A model generated the notes under the pieces. It did no database searches. It was not told the origin of the DNA and was given only the letters and a program-made list of their open reading frames with translations. From positions 1 through 38,834 of the forward strand of contig JBNKUM010000049.1 in NCBI GenBank assembly GCA_050298595.1: 38,834 bases of DNA, read 5' to 3'. Shown piece after piece: positions 38,685 to 38,834 of the stretch. Positions within the stretch are counted from its first letter, which is position 1; every line of letters begins with the position of its first letter. This DNA comes from Gammaproteobacteria bacterium. Its GTDB lineage: Bacteria > Pseudomonadota > Gammaproteobacteria > GCA-001735895. The position numbers were made by a program, and so were the translations under genes.

Positions 38685-38834
38685 CTAGGAATGGTTATTT
38701 CTCCATCTAGTCATACCCAAAACTGCTAATCCAACACCAAACAGTATTAGAGGTTTTGGCTCGGGAATGTCGACACTATTTATCGTAACTAAGGTGTTTG
38801 TAAAAGAAACATCGGCAAAACTACCGGGTAACGC
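38685..38834 (-). CDS. C-terminus of a PEP-CTERM sorting-domain protein (runs off the window)
   Basis: ...TLVTINSVD-IPEP-KPLILFGVGLAVLGM-TRWRNNHS-stop: PEP motif, TM helix, basic tail. Confidence 0.85.
   Translation of the reverse strand, partial: ALPGSFADVSFTNTLVTINSVDIPEPKPLILFGVGLAVLGMTRWRNNHS

Overview
Gammaproteobacterial chromosomal window, probably from a sulfur-oxidising marine lineage (inferred from the Tat-exported flavocytochrome c sulfide dehydrogenase pair and an exported FKBP-rhodanese). Coding content: an AbiEi/AbiEii type IV toxin-antitoxin pair, a lipoprotein, several unannotated small ORFs, stand-alone hflKC with DUF1488-like and VIT1 genes, fccB-like flavoprotein plus diheme cytochrome c, two RND efflux pairs, yceI/cytochrome b561, folX-folE, an ABC/FtsX/AttH-like trio, ybaK, heterotetrameric sarcosine oxidase soxBDAG, an FKBP-rhodanese fusion and the tail of a PEP-CTERM protein. 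The most unusual signal is intergenic: a hierarchy of nested non-autonomous repeats. MITE shells, one with IS1380/ISEcp1-like ends and a 5-bp TSD that splits a gene, carry a long palindromic core. A 46-48 nt module sits at one fixed CAA site of that core in 0, 1, 2, 2 or 3 tandem copies, and further 48-nt modules are inserted inside the modules. The modules carry an ANGGAN-loop hairpin plus a second GCAGGA site, which matches the CsrA/RsmA binding signature. A decayed REP-associated tyrosine transposase and REP remnants lie nearby. All family assignments come from reading motifs by eye; no searches were run.
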